The position numbers and the translations under genes are program-made. A stretch of DNA of 64,000 bases from Roseibacillus sp. Its GTDB lineage: Bacteria > Verrucomicrobiota > Verrucomicrobiia > Verrucomicrobiales > Akkermansiaceae. Shown here one piece after another: positions 28,114-36,722 of the stretch. The notes below the pieces were generated by a model that saw only the letters and a program-made list of their open reading frames with translations, made no database searches and was not told the origin of the DNA. Each line of letters begins with the position of its first letter. The first letter of the stretch is position 1. Location: contig CBDEUM010000031.1 in the NCBI GenBank assembly GCA_965242925.1, positions 14,513-78,512 on the forward strand. The letters run 5' to 3'.

Positions 28114-29016
28114 ATGCAACCTGCAACCCGCCGCCGCTTCCTCACCACCGGAACCCTCGCCGCCACGGCCGGTTTGTTTCGTGCCTCCGCCGATCATCAC
28201 CAGGGCGGAAAGGACCATCCCATCCTGCTGTCGCTGAAATGCGGGATGTGTGGCGAGGGGAAGACTCTGGACGAGAAATTCCGCCTCCTGAAGGACCTTG
28301 GCTACGATGGGGTGGAACTCGACTCCCCCGGAGGACAGAACAAGGACGAAGCGAAGAAGGCTTCCGCGAAAGTCGGTCTGCCCACCCACGGTGTGGTCGA
28401 TTCGATCCACTGGGGCACCACCCTCTCCGATCCTTCTGCCGAAGTGCGGGAGAAGGGACTCCAGGGGCTGCTCACCGCCATTCGGGAGAGTGATGCCATC
28501 GGCGGCACTTCAGTTCTTCTGGTCCCTGCCGTGGTTAATGCCAAGACCACCGAGCAACAGGCCTGGGATCGATCCATCGGGCAAATACGCAAGGCCTTGC
28601 CCCTTGCCGCCAGACTGGGGGTCCACATTCTCATCGAAAACGTCTGGAACCGCTTCCTCTACGACCACGATGGCCCCAACAATCAGACCGCCGTAAAACT
28701 GGTGAAGTACATCGATGAAATCGACAGTCCATGGGTTGGATCCTACTTCGACATCGGCAACCACCAGAAATACGGCAAGCCCGCGGAATGGATCCGCTCC
28801 CTGGGCCACCGTATCGTGAAACTGGACGTCAAGGACTGGGGGGTGAAGGCCGGCTTCTCCAAGATCGGTGCAGGGGACGTGGACTGGCCCGACGTGCGGA
28901 AGGCCCTCGCCGAAATTCGCTTCACCGGTTGGGCCACCGCGGAGGTCGGCGGCGGAAATCGCGAGCGCTGCGCGGAAATCCTGGCCAACATGCGCAAGCA
29001 TTTGCTCGGGGCCTAG
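28114..29016 (+). CDS. Tat-exported sugar phosphate isomerase/epimerase (TIM barrel)
   Basis: TRRRFL twin-arginine signal; GYDGVE, IENVWN, YFDIGN, GDVDW. Confidence 0.85.
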   Translation: MQPATRRRFLTTGTLAATAGLFRASADHHQGGKDHPILLSLKCGMCGEGKTLDEKFRLLKDLGYDGVELDSPGGQNKDEAKKASAKVGLPTHGVVDSIHWGTTLSDPSAEVREKGLQGLLTAIRESDAIGGTSVLLVPAVVNAKTTEQQAWDRSIGQIRKALPLAARLGVHILIENVWNRFLYDHDGPNNQTAVKLVKYIDEIDSPWVGSYFDIGNHQKYGKPAEWIRSLGHRIVKLDVKDWGVKAGFSKIGAGDVDWPDVRKALAEIRFTGWATAEVGGGNRERCAEILANMRKHLLGA

Positions 29017-29040
29017 TGGTCCCGCTGTGTCGCCCCGGCA

Positions 29041-29868
29041 ATGAGCGACGAATCCCAGAACCGCTTCTCCGGGCTGGCGCGCCTGTATGGAGAGCCCGGA
29101 CTGGCCGCCCTGCGCCGGGCACATGTCGCCGTGATCGGAATTGGAGGGGTGGGGTCCTGGACTGCCGAGGCTCTTGCACGGAGTGGGGTGGGGGAACTCA
29201 CCCTGGTCGATCTCGACGATGTCTGTGTCACCAACACCAACCGGCAGATACACGCTCTCTCCGACACGGTGGGCCAATCCAAGGTTCAGGTGATGGCCGA
29301 ACGGATAGCAACCATCAACCCGGAGTGCACCCTGCACGCCGAGGAATGCTTTCTGACAGGGAACAACGTGGAGACCCTCCTTGATCGCTCCCTGGATGCC
29401 GTGATCGATGCCATCGATGCGGTCCACCCCAAGTGCCTTCTCCTGGCCCAATGCCACCAGCGTCAGATTCCGGTCATTACCTGCGGAGCGGCAGGCGGCC
29501 AGTGCGATGCCACTCTCATCGAGATTGCTGATCTCAGCCGTACCTTCAATGATGCACTCCTTCATCAGGTCCGCAGGAATCTGCGGGGCAACTACGGTTT
29601 TCCCAGCGGCGAAGATTCCCGGAAGAGATTCGGCATCCCAGCGGTCTTCTCCACCGAGAACACTCTCTATCCACAGGGTGACGGTTGCGTTTCGACCGAA
29701 CGACCGACCCCCCAACCCGCAGGACTACGCTGCGATGCGGGCTTCGGATCGGTCACCCATGTCACCGCGGCCTTCGGGCTCCTCGCCGCCGGCGACATCA
29801 TCAATCGGATCGCGGGGTCGAGAAACAAAGAAGGCGGCCCGGGGCCGCCCTCAGGATCCGGAATCTGA
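29041..29868 (+). CDS. tcdA: tRNA threonylcarbamoyladenosine dehydratase
   Basis: RF.G.ARLYG, GIGGVGSW, DLDDVCVTNTNRQIHA, DAID, AVFS.E, C..GFGS..HVTA.FG. Confidence 0.9.
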   Translation: MSDESQNRFSGLARLYGEPGLAALRRAHVAVIGIGGVGSWTAEALARSGVGELTLVDLDDVCVTNTNRQIHALSDTVGQSKVQVMAERIATINPECTLHAEECFLTGNNVETLLDRSLDAVIDAIDAVHPKCLLLAQCHQRQIPVITCGAAGGQCDATLIEIADLSRTFNDALLHQVRRNLRGNYGFPSGEDSRKRFGIPAVFSTENTLYPQGDGCVSTERPTPQPAGLRCDAGFGSVTHVTAAFGLLAAGDIINRIAGSRNKEGGPGPPSGSGI

Positions 29869-29878
29869 GATCTGCAAT

Positions 29879-30043
29879 CTACTTCACACCCTTCTTCGAG
29901 AGGCGCGTCCCACGCGTCGATCCCTGCCGGGCCTTGAACTTGGGATTGGTCTTGTTGATGACGTAGAGGGTGCCCCGGCGCTTCACGACCTGGCATCCGG
30001 CGTGGCGGCGCTTGAGCGAGTTGAGGGAAGAGAGAACTTTCAT
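29879..30043 (-). CDS. rpmJ: 50S ribosomal protein L36, type B (zinc-independent), 54 aa with a basic C-terminal extension; absent from the ORF track
   Basis: Manual translation [54 protein letters not shown]. Confidence 0.93.
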   Translation of the reverse strand: MKVLSSLNSLKRRHAGCQVVKRRGTLYVINKTNPKFKARQGSTRGTRLSKKGVK

Positions 30044-30233
30044 GACTCGTCCGAAAGGGGAGGCGCACTCTAGGCCGGATCAAATCGCTGTAAAGCCTAT
30101 TCTCAAGGGCGTTTTCCGGCAATTCAGCGCACTTGCGATAGCCGGGGCAGTGTGAGACCCTGCCGCCAACGGAGCTTGCGGGGGCCCTGTGGAGGACTGG
30201 CCACGGCGAAGCGGGAAACGGAAGACCGGACAG

Positions 30234-31241
30234 ATGGCGGATAACTCTTACCAGGAACCGGATCCCCCCTTCGACCTCTCCCTGCGCCCTCCAGAATTCG
30301 GGGAGTTCCACGGCCAGGAAAAGGTCAAGGAGCGCCTCATGCTGATGGTGGAAGCAGCCCGGCAGCGCAAGGATGTGCTCGAGCATATCCTGCTCTCCGG
30401 CCCCCCCGGACTGGGCAAGACAACTCTGGCCAACATCATCGCCAGCGCAGCGAAGTCCAACATTCACACCACCTCCGGTCCCCAGGTCGAGAAAGCGGGA
30501 GACCTGGCGGGAATCCTGACCAACCTGCAGAAGGGCGATGTGCTCTTCATCGATGAAATCCATCGGCTCCATCCCGCCATCGAGGAATACCTCTATCCTG
30601 CCATGGAAGATTACCGGCTCGACATCATCATCGACTCCGGCCCCTCCGCCCGTTCCATCCAGCTCAACCTGCCCAAGTTCACCCTGGTGGGAGCTACCAC
30701 CAGGGCCGGCATGCTCACCGCGCCCCTGCGATCCCGTTTCGGCCTCGTCAACCGCTTGGACTACTACAGCCTGGAAGAACTTTGCGTCATCATCATGCGC
30801 TCGGCCGGGCTGCTGGAGATCCGTATCGACGAAGGGGGGGCCCGGGAAGTGGCCTCCCGGTCGAGGGGCACCCCTCGCGTGGCCAACAATCTTCTGCGCT
30901 GGGTCCGGGACTACGCGCAGGTCCGGGCCGACGGCCTGATCGACGCTGGAACTGCCGGCAAGGCCCTCGCCATGATCGAGATCGATCAGGACGGGCTCGA
31001 TGAGATGGACAAGCGCATCCTGGAAACCGTCATCTACAAGTTCAATGGCGGACCGGTGGGCCTGAGTTCACTCGCGGTGGCAGTGGGGGAAGATGCCTCT
31101 TCCCTCGAGGAGGTCAACGAACCCTTCCTCATCATGCAGGGTTTTCTCAAGCGCACCCCCCGGGGACGGGTGGCCATGCCCTCCGCCTACCAGAAGATCG
31201 GGGCCGAGCCCCCGCAGGGCGCACAGGGGGAACTGCTGTAA
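30234..31241 (+). CDS. ruvB: Holliday junction branch migration helicase RuvB
   Basis: [53 protein letters not shown]. Confidence 0.98.
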   Translation: MADNSYQEPDPPFDLSLRPPEFGEFHGQEKVKERLMLMVEAARQRKDVLEHILLSGPPGLGKTTLANIIASAAKSNIHTTSGPQVEKAGDLAGILTNLQKGDVLFIDEIHRLHPAIEEYLYPAMEDYRLDIIIDSGPSARSIQLNLPKFTLVGATTRAGMLTAPLRSRFGLVNRLDYYSLEELCVIIMRSAGLLEIRIDEGGAREVASRSRGTPRVANNLLRWVRDYAQVRADGLIDAGTAGKALAMIEIDQDGLDEMDKRILETVIYKFNGGPVGLSSLAVAVGEDASSLEEVNEPFLIMQGFLKRTPRGRVAMPSAYQKIGAEPPQGAQGELL

Positions 31242-31279
31242 TCAGGACAGCTTCCGGATCGTATCCGTCCCGCTTGCCT

Positions 31280-32314
31280 TTACTCCGGCTGGGCCTTCTC
31301 CGCCTTGCGCTTGGCCTTGCGCGCCTTGCGGCGGGCCCTTTTCTCCTCCTTGTTCTCAGCCGGAGCCGGGGCGGTCGATTCGGCCTTGGCCTTGGATTCA
31401 CCCCTGCTCCCGGAGGCCGCCTCCTTGAGATCTTCCACGCCAACCAGCTTCGCCACTGAAACAGACTTGAGAGGCAACTTCCCGGGCGCACCCTCGGCCT
31501 GTGGAATCCCCGCCGGAAGCCCCGTTTCGAGGAGAATGGTCGTTGCAACCTCCAACGGCTGCCCCAGGCCGATATCAAACAACATCATACCCGTGGCCTC
31601 CTTGACCTCGGTTTTCAGGATCTCCTCTGCTCCTTCCCCATCCCTCTCCTTCGTTTTCCCCGAGATCGAAATCCGGGCCACTTTGCGCCCTTCCTGCTCG
31701 ACGACATTCTCGAGCTTGAGGGTATAATCGATGGTGACCTTCCCCCCAAGCTCTCCCATCGGCAGGTCAACCTCCGACTTCCAGCTGTCGCCCGGCTTGA
31801 CATCCCTGCCAGGAAGGAACTCGGAACTTTGCCGGGCCATGGCCTCCAATTCCTCCTTTCCCATCCCCAACTGGTCCGCTCCCTGCACGTCGTCCAGCCC
31901 TTCGAATCCCACCATTTTGCCCTTCTTGTCGTAAATTACCGCGAACTTCGTCTCCGTCATCGGCTTGAGAACCGTCCCGAGGAGTCCCCCTCCCTTGGAC
32001 GGGTCGGAGGAATCGTACTCCATCACGAGGCCCTGCATCTCCTGCCTCATCCTCACCGAATCAAAGGCATGACTCACCTTGGTTCCCTTCTCGTGAGCGC
32101 TCACGTCATTATGCACCCGCAGCACCATCCGGCCCTTCGTCTCGATCAGCCCCTGGCCAGGCAGTGGCATTTTCATGAACGAGTCAGCGGTATTATCGAA
32201 GACGTAACGCTTCCCCGGTTGCCACTTCAGCTTCAGTTCCACCGCCCCTCCCGGAAGGACACCCAGGATCAGGGCTCCCAGGACCACGAAAGCGGTATCA
32301 GTAACAGTTTTCAT
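31280..32314 (-). CDS. Secreted hypothetical protein (DUF6263-like)
   Basis: Signal peptide; ELKLKWQPGKRY, EYDS, LP...VKPGDSW motifs; Lys/Ala-rich tail. Confidence 0.6.
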   Translation of the reverse strand: MKTVTDTAFVVLGALILGVLPGGAVELKLKWQPGKRYVFDNTADSFMKMPLPGQGLIETKGRMVLRVHNDVSAHEKGTKVSHAFDSVRMRQEMQGLVMEYDSSDPSKGGGLLGTVLKPMTETKFAVIYDKKGKMVGFEGLDDVQGADQLGMGKEELEAMARQSSEFLPGRDVKPGDSWKSEVDLPMGELGGKVTIDYTLKLENVVEQEGRKVARISISGKTKERDGEGAEEILKTEVKEATGMMLFDIGLGQPLEVATTILLETGLPAGIPQAEGAPGKLPLKSVSVAKLVGVEDLKEAASGSRGESKAKAESTAPAPAENKEEKRARRKARKAKRKAEKAQPE

Positions 32315-32394
32315 GACTCCCTTGTCCCCGCGATGAGTACGGGAAACAAGGAAAAATCCTGCCGTTCCCGGCGTAATGCGGTTAAAGTGACCAC

Positions 32395-32820
32395 GTGAGA
32401 GCGGATTTGGGAGAACTCGTCGAACGCTGCCGGGCCGGTGGCCTTCGCCGCACCAAGGCTCTTGAGGTTCTCCTCGGCACCCTGCTCAAGACCGACCGTC
32501 CCGTGACCCTGGCTGGATTGGAGAAGTCGCGTCCGCTTGCCACCCAATGTGACAAGGCCACCATCTACCGGCTCCTCCATCGCCTGACCGACGCCGGCAT
32601 TGTTCGTCGCCTCGGACTGCACGAACGCGCCGCCTACTTTGCCCTCGTTCTTCCCGGCCAGCACCGCGATTACCTGATCTGCACCGAGTGCGGCACAATT
32701 GCTCCCATCGATGCCCCCTGCCCGGTCCACGAACTGGAAGATGAGATCCGGCAAGACACCGGATACCGGGATCTCTACCATGAACTTGAATTCTTTGGCA
32801 CCTGCCCAAAGTGCGCCTAG
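32395..32820 (+). CDS. Fur family transcriptional regulator
   Basis: GLRRT, ATIYRLL, H..LICTECG, HELEFFGTCPKC. Confidence 0.9.
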   Translation: MRADLGELVERCRAGGLRRTKALEVLLGTLLKTDRPVTLAGLEKSRPLATQCDKATIYRLLHRLTDAGIVRRLGLHERAAYFALVLPGQHRDYLICTECGTIAPIDAPCPVHELEDEIRQDTGYRDLYHELEFFGTCPKCA

Positions 32821-32826
32821 CCCGTC

Positions 32827-33732
32827 ATGCTCCCAACCGAAGCGCATTCCCTGACTGAGCAATTCTTTGAGTTTCTTTCGGTTGAGAAGAACGTCTCCCC
32901 GCGCACCCTGGACAACTACGAGCGCGCCCTGGAGGCCTTCCGTCAATGGCCGGGAGAGGACTTCACCCACTGGAATGAATGTAGCGCCGACCATTTTCGC
33001 GCTTACCTCTTCGACTGCATGAAACGGGAGCTGGCCCGCTCCACCATCCGGTTGCACTTTTCCGCTCTTCGCTCCTTCTACAATTACCTTGTTTCCCGCC
33101 ACGGACTCCCCGGAAGTCCAGTCGCCGAAGTGCAACTTCCCAAGCTTGAGCGACAGCTTCCGGTGGTCCTGACCCTCAGGCAGATCGAGCAACTCCTGGA
33201 CCTTCCCCAGCAGATCCCGCGGGAAAAACAGGCTCCCGTCTGGCTTCCCCTCCGGGATACCGCCATTCTTGAGCTCTTTTACTCCACCGGCCTGCGCCTC
33301 GCCGAACTGGCCGCCCTTGAGGTCCGGGATCTTGACGGCCTGAGCGACACCCTGCGGGTGATGGGAAAAGGCTCCAAGGAGCGCCTCGTGCCCATCGGTT
33401 CCTACGCCATGAAAGCTATCGAGGCCTATCGTCAGTCCGCCAGGATCACGGAAGGCGCCCTCTTCCTCTCCAAGCTGCGCAAGCGCCTCTCGACGCGCTC
33501 AATCAACACCCTGCTCAAGAAGTATCTCGCCCACTCCGACATCCCCTTCAACGTCACACCCCACAAACTGCGCCATTCCTTCGCCACCCATCTCCTCGAT
33601 GCCGGTGCCGACCTCCGCAGCGTACAGGCCCTCCTCGGCCACTCCTCCCTCTCCACCACCCAGATCTACACCCATGTCACCAGGGAGCGCCTGCGCGAAG
33701 CCTACGACCGGGCCCATCCCCGGGCTTCCTAG
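32827..33732 (+). CDS. xerC: XerC/XerD family tyrosine recombinase
   Basis: RDTAILELFYSTGLR, GKGSKER, TPHKLRHSFATHLL, VQALLGH, TTQIYTH. Confidence 0.88.
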   Translation: MLPTEAHSLTEQFFEFLSVEKNVSPRTLDNYERALEAFRQWPGEDFTHWNECSADHFRAYLFDCMKRELARSTIRLHFSALRSFYNYLVSRHGLPGSPVAEVQLPKLERQLPVVLTLRQIEQLLDLPQQIPREKQAPVWLPLRDTAILELFYSTGLRLAELAALEVRDLDGLSDTLRVMGKGSKERLVPIGSYAMKAIEAYRQSARITEGALFLSKLRKRLSTRSINTLLKKYLAHSDIPFNVTPHKLRHSFATHLLDAGADLRSVQALLGHSSLSTTQIYTHVTRERLREAYDRAHPRAS

Positions 33733-33774
33733 GACAGCCCGACGAGTCAGTAGCGTCCCAGTGGGCTGTACACA

Positions 33775-33802
33775 GGAAGGGGAGCCTGACGGCTCCCCTT
33801 CC
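33775..33802. terminator. Hairpin between convergent xerC and the last porin gene; same element as at 34674 and 35675
   Basis: GGAAGGGGAGCC-tgac-GGCTCCCCTTCC perfect stem. Confidence 0.75.
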
Positions 33803-33834
33803 CGGTATATCAAAATTGAGTCGTCTCGCTCAGA

Positions 33835-34509
33835 CTAGAATGCGAAATTAACACTCACGCCGGTGACGGTCTCGTCGCCGCTCTCACCATCAATGGTGTG
33901 CGTGATGTGAGGAGTAACGGTGATGCTGTCCGAAGCGGCGATGCTCAGGCCGGCACTAATACCGTAGAAGGTATCAACCGGACCATCATCGAAGTGACCG
34001 AGCACACCCGAGATACCGAGCGTCATATTGCCACCAAGGTCCATTTCTACCAGACCAGCGGTGACCTCCCAGTAGATGTCGTGGGCAGCGGCTGCGCCGC
34101 TCTCGTTGTAGTATGCCGCAACGCCCAGGGAGATCCCTCCCACAGAGGTACCCAGGGAAACATAGGGCTCAAGGTCATCACCGCCGCCAGCACCCCCGAA
34201 GTAGGAGTAGTTGGTGACTCCAAGCGTCAGGTCCAGATTGTCGCTGAGCGACTTGGACGCCGACATATGGATGTCCAGCTCATTGCCTCCCTCATAGGAA
34301 GCGAGCCAGAGGCCAGCCGCCCAGTCGAAATTGTCCCCGCTGCCGGAAACACCGATGCTGGCGTCAAAGAGGTCAGCTCCGTTGTTGTTTCCGCGGAAGA
34401 CATAATCGGAGGAATAACCTGCGCCAATACTAGTCTCAATGTCCGCGTTGGCGGTGCCAAGCAGGGACAAGGACAGTCCTGTAAGTGCTAGAATACGTGT
34501 AGGTCTCAT
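33835..34509 (-). CDS. TorF-like putative outer-membrane porin, copy 1
   Basis: Signal peptide; SDYVFRG, ELD, alternating beta-strand pattern, C-terminal Phe; next to amt genes. Confidence 0.75.
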   Translation of the reverse strand: MRPTRILALTGLSLSLLGTANADIETSIGAGYSSDYVFRGNNNGADLFDASIGVSGSGDNFDWAAGLWLASYEGGNELDIHMSASKSLSDNLDLTLGVTNYSYFGGAGGGDDLEPYVSLGTSVGGISLGVAAYYNESGAAAAHDIYWEVTAGLVEMDLGGNMTLGISGVLGHFDDGPVDTFYGISAGLSIAASDSITVTPHITHTIDGESGDETVTGVSVNFAF

Positions 34510-34519
34510 AACGTTTGGG

Positions 34520-34547
34520 ACGGTGCATGGCCGGTACGAATTGTCAA
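34520..34547 (-). promoter_or_regulatory. Candidate sigma-70 promoter for porin copy 1
   Basis: Minus strand TTGACA-16 nt-CACCGT-10 nt-ATG; the -10 box is non-consensus. Confidence 0.4.
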
Positions 34548-34722
34548 TCCATAGTAACAAAATCTGACCCTCCCAAAGATGCTACTACGAATATCTAAAT
34601 ACGGTTTAATCAAGTATCTCTAAAACCTGATATTACAGGTTCATTCTCCGACCGCTCCTGCAATACGGATACGAAAAGGGGGAGCCTGACGGCTCCCCCT
34701 CCTCGGTTAGAGATATATTAAC
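34539..34722. repeat. Duplicated ~180-bp intergenic unit, copy A (copy B at ~35544-35722)
   Basis: Shared AATTGTCAATCC..AACAAAATCTGACCCTCCC..ATACGGTTTAAT..TGATATTACAGGTTCATTCTCC..CCTGCAATACGGATACGAAAAGGGGGAGCC..GGTTAGAGATATATTA. Confidence 0.9.
34674..34700 (-). terminator. Rho-independent terminator after porin copy 2
   Basis: AGGGGGAGCC-tgac-GGCTCCCCCT with an A4 run on + (U-tail on -). Confidence 0.75.
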
Positions 34723-34733
34723 TCCTAGATCAT

Positions 34734-35477
34734 TTAGAATCCGAAACTAACGCTCACGCCAGCGACGGTCTCGTCATCGGCAGGACCGACGACTTGATTC
34801 CCATCGATAGTGTGCGAAAGGTAAGGAGTAACAGTGATGCTGTCGGAAACGGCGATGCTGAGGCCGGCGCTGATTCCGTAGTAAGTGTCTTCAGCTCCTG
34901 AGCCGACTTCATCCCAGTGACCGATCACACCCGCGAGTCCGAGGGTCACATTACCGGAAACTTCCATTTCGTAGCCAGCGGTGAACTCCCAGTACATATC
35001 ATGGAGTTGAGCGCCACCTTCGTTGAAATGTGCCGCAACGCCCAGGGAAATCCCTCCCAAGGACGTTCCCAAGCCAATATAGGGCTCAAGATCGTCTGGC
35101 AGTGGGATGCCCACGGTGAGTATGTCTCCATAATAGGAATAGTTGGTGACTCCAACTTCCAGACTCAGGTTCTCGCTTAGCGCCTTGGAGGCCGAGAGGG
35201 AGATGTCCATCTCATTGCCGCTAATTCCGGTCCCGCCAAAGTTACTAGCGGTGCCGAGCCAGAGGCTAGCTGAGAAGTCGAGGTCACCAAGGCCACCCAA
35301 GTTTCCGCTACCGGAAACGTCGATGCTTGCTTCAAAGTGGTCCTCCCCATAGTTGGATCCGCGGAAGACGTAATCGGATGCATAACCCGCGCCAATACTC
35401 GTCTCGATGTCCGCGTTAGCTGTGCCAAGCAGGGACAAGGAGAGTCCTGTAAGTGCCAGAATTCGTGTAGGTCTCAT
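34734..35477 (-). CDS. TorF-like putative outer-membrane porin, copy 2 (divergent)
   Basis: Same N-terminus as copies 1 and 3, SDYVFRG, longer loops, C-terminal Phe. Confidence 0.75.
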   Translation of the reverse strand: MRPTRILALTGLSLSLLGTANADIETSIGAGYASDYVFRGSNYGEDHFEASIDVSGSGNLGGLGDLDFSASLWLGTASNFGGTGISGNEMDISLSASKALSENLSLEVGVTNYSYYGDILTVGIPLPDDLEPYIGLGTSLGGISLGVAAHFNEGGAQLHDMYWEFTAGYEMEVSGNVTLGLAGVIGHWDEVGSGAEDTYYGISAGLSIAVSDSITVTPYLSHTIDGNQVVGPADDETVAGVSVSFGF

Positions 35478-35505
35478 AGCGGGCAGAAGGATGCCTGCCG
35501 GAGGC

Positions 35506-35579
35506 AAATTGTCAATCCGTAGCAACAAAATCTGACCCTCCCAAATTGTCAATCCGTAGCAACAAAATCTGACCCTCCC
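35506..35579. repeat. Exact 37-bp tandem duplication containing a TTGACA box (minus strand)
   Basis: AAATTGTCAATCCGTAGCAACAAAATCTGACCCTCCC x2. Confidence 0.95.
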
Positions 35580-35674
35580 CAAGATGCTCGAATATCTACA
35601 TACGGTTTAATTAAGTATCTCTAGAATCTGATATTACAGGTTCATTCTCCAACCGTTCCTGCAATACGGATACG

Positions 35675-35701
35675 AAAAGGGGGAGCCTAACGGCTCCCCC
35701 T
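35675..35701 (-). terminator. Rho-independent terminator after porin copy 3
   Basis: AGGGGGAGCC-taac-GGCTCCCCCT with an A4 run on +. Confidence 0.75.
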
Positions 35702-35733
35702 CCCGGTTAGAGATATATTACTTCCTCCGTAAC

Positions 35734-36408
35734 TTAGAATCCGAAATTAACACTCACGCCGGTGACGGTCTCGTCGCCGCTCTCACCATCAATGGTGTGC
35801 GTGATGTGAGGAGTAACGGTGATGCTGTCCGAAGCGGCGATGCTCAGGCCGGCACTAATACCGTAGAAGGTATCAACCGGACCATCATCGAAGTGACCGA
35901 GCACACCCGAGATACCGAGCGTCATATTGCCACCAAGGTCCATTTCTACCAGACCAGCGGTGAGCTCCCAGTAGATGTCGTGGGCAGCGGCTGCGCCGCT
36001 CTCGTTGTAGTATGCCGCAACACCCAGGGAGATCCCTCCCACAGAGGTACCCAGGGAAACATAGGGCTCAAGGTCATCACCGCCGCCAGCACCCCCGAAG
36101 TAGGAGTAGTTGGTGACTCCAAGCGTCAGGTCCAGATTGTCGCTGAGCGACTTGGACGCCGACATATGGATGTCCAGCTCATTGCCTCCCTCATAGGAAG
36201 CGAGCCAGAGGCCAGCCGCCCAGTCGAAATTGTCCCCGCTGCCGGAAACACCGATGCTGGCGTCAAAGAGGTCAGCTCCGTTGTTGTTTCCGCGGAAGAC
36301 ATAATCGGAGGAATAACCTGCGCCAATACTAGTCTCAATGTCCGCGTTGGCGGTGCCAAGCAGGGACAAGGAGAGTCCTGTAAGTGCTAGAATACGTGTA
36401 GGTCTCAT
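35734..36408 (-). CDS. TorF-like putative outer-membrane porin, copy 3 (near-identical to copy 1)
   Basis: Only two amino-acid differences seen from copy 1 (WEVT/WELT, FAF/FGF). Confidence 0.75.
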   Translation of the reverse strand: MRPTRILALTGLSLSLLGTANADIETSIGAGYSSDYVFRGNNNGADLFDASIGVSGSGDNFDWAAGLWLASYEGGNELDIHMSASKSLSDNLDLTLGVTNYSYFGGAGGGDDLEPYVSLGTSVGGISLGVAAYYNESGAAAAHDIYWELTAGLVEMDLGGNMTLGISGVLGHFDDGPVDTFYGISAGLSIAASDSITVTPHITHTIDGESGDETVTGVSVNFGF

Positions 36409-36662
36409 AACGTCGGAGATAAAAACACAGATCATGCCAACAAGAAAAGCAGAAACTTAGGGAAACCTTATAATTTGTTTATATTTACTACAATCGCGGG
36501 AAATTGCTCCTCCTTTTCCAGGGCATTAGCGGCCTGACTACCCTTCTAGCCAGATACCGGGCTCAAACATCCTCGATTCCTTCTTCAGGGGAACCTGCAG
36601 CGGGCACTCCAGGTCACCTGATTGATCGGACCGCGGGGGGAAATACCTGCCTTCAGACTTTC

Positions 36663-36695
36663 AAAAAAGGGCTCGTTCCGGAAAACCAGCCCTTT
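36663..36695 (-). terminator. Rho-independent terminator after the downstream amt
   Basis: Minus strand AAAGGGCT..AGCCCTTTTTT. Confidence 0.7.
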
Positions 36696-36722
36696 GCAGG
36701 GACATTCAGGCGGCCGGGGACT

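Noticed and set aside
32827..33732. xerC as the integrase or invertase of a shufflon acting on the porin array
   Set aside because: It looks like a housekeeping Xer, has host-like composition and follows fur. All porins are co-oriented and I found no inverted recombination sites.
35506..35579. 37-bp repeat as a CRISPR remnant
   Set aside because: Two adjacent units without a spacer; the sequence is part of a duplicated promoter region.
36476..36492. TGT-N11-ACA as a NifA, GlnR or NtcA site
   Set aside because: Spacing or inner bases do not match those consensus sites, and it lies unusually close to the putative -24 box.
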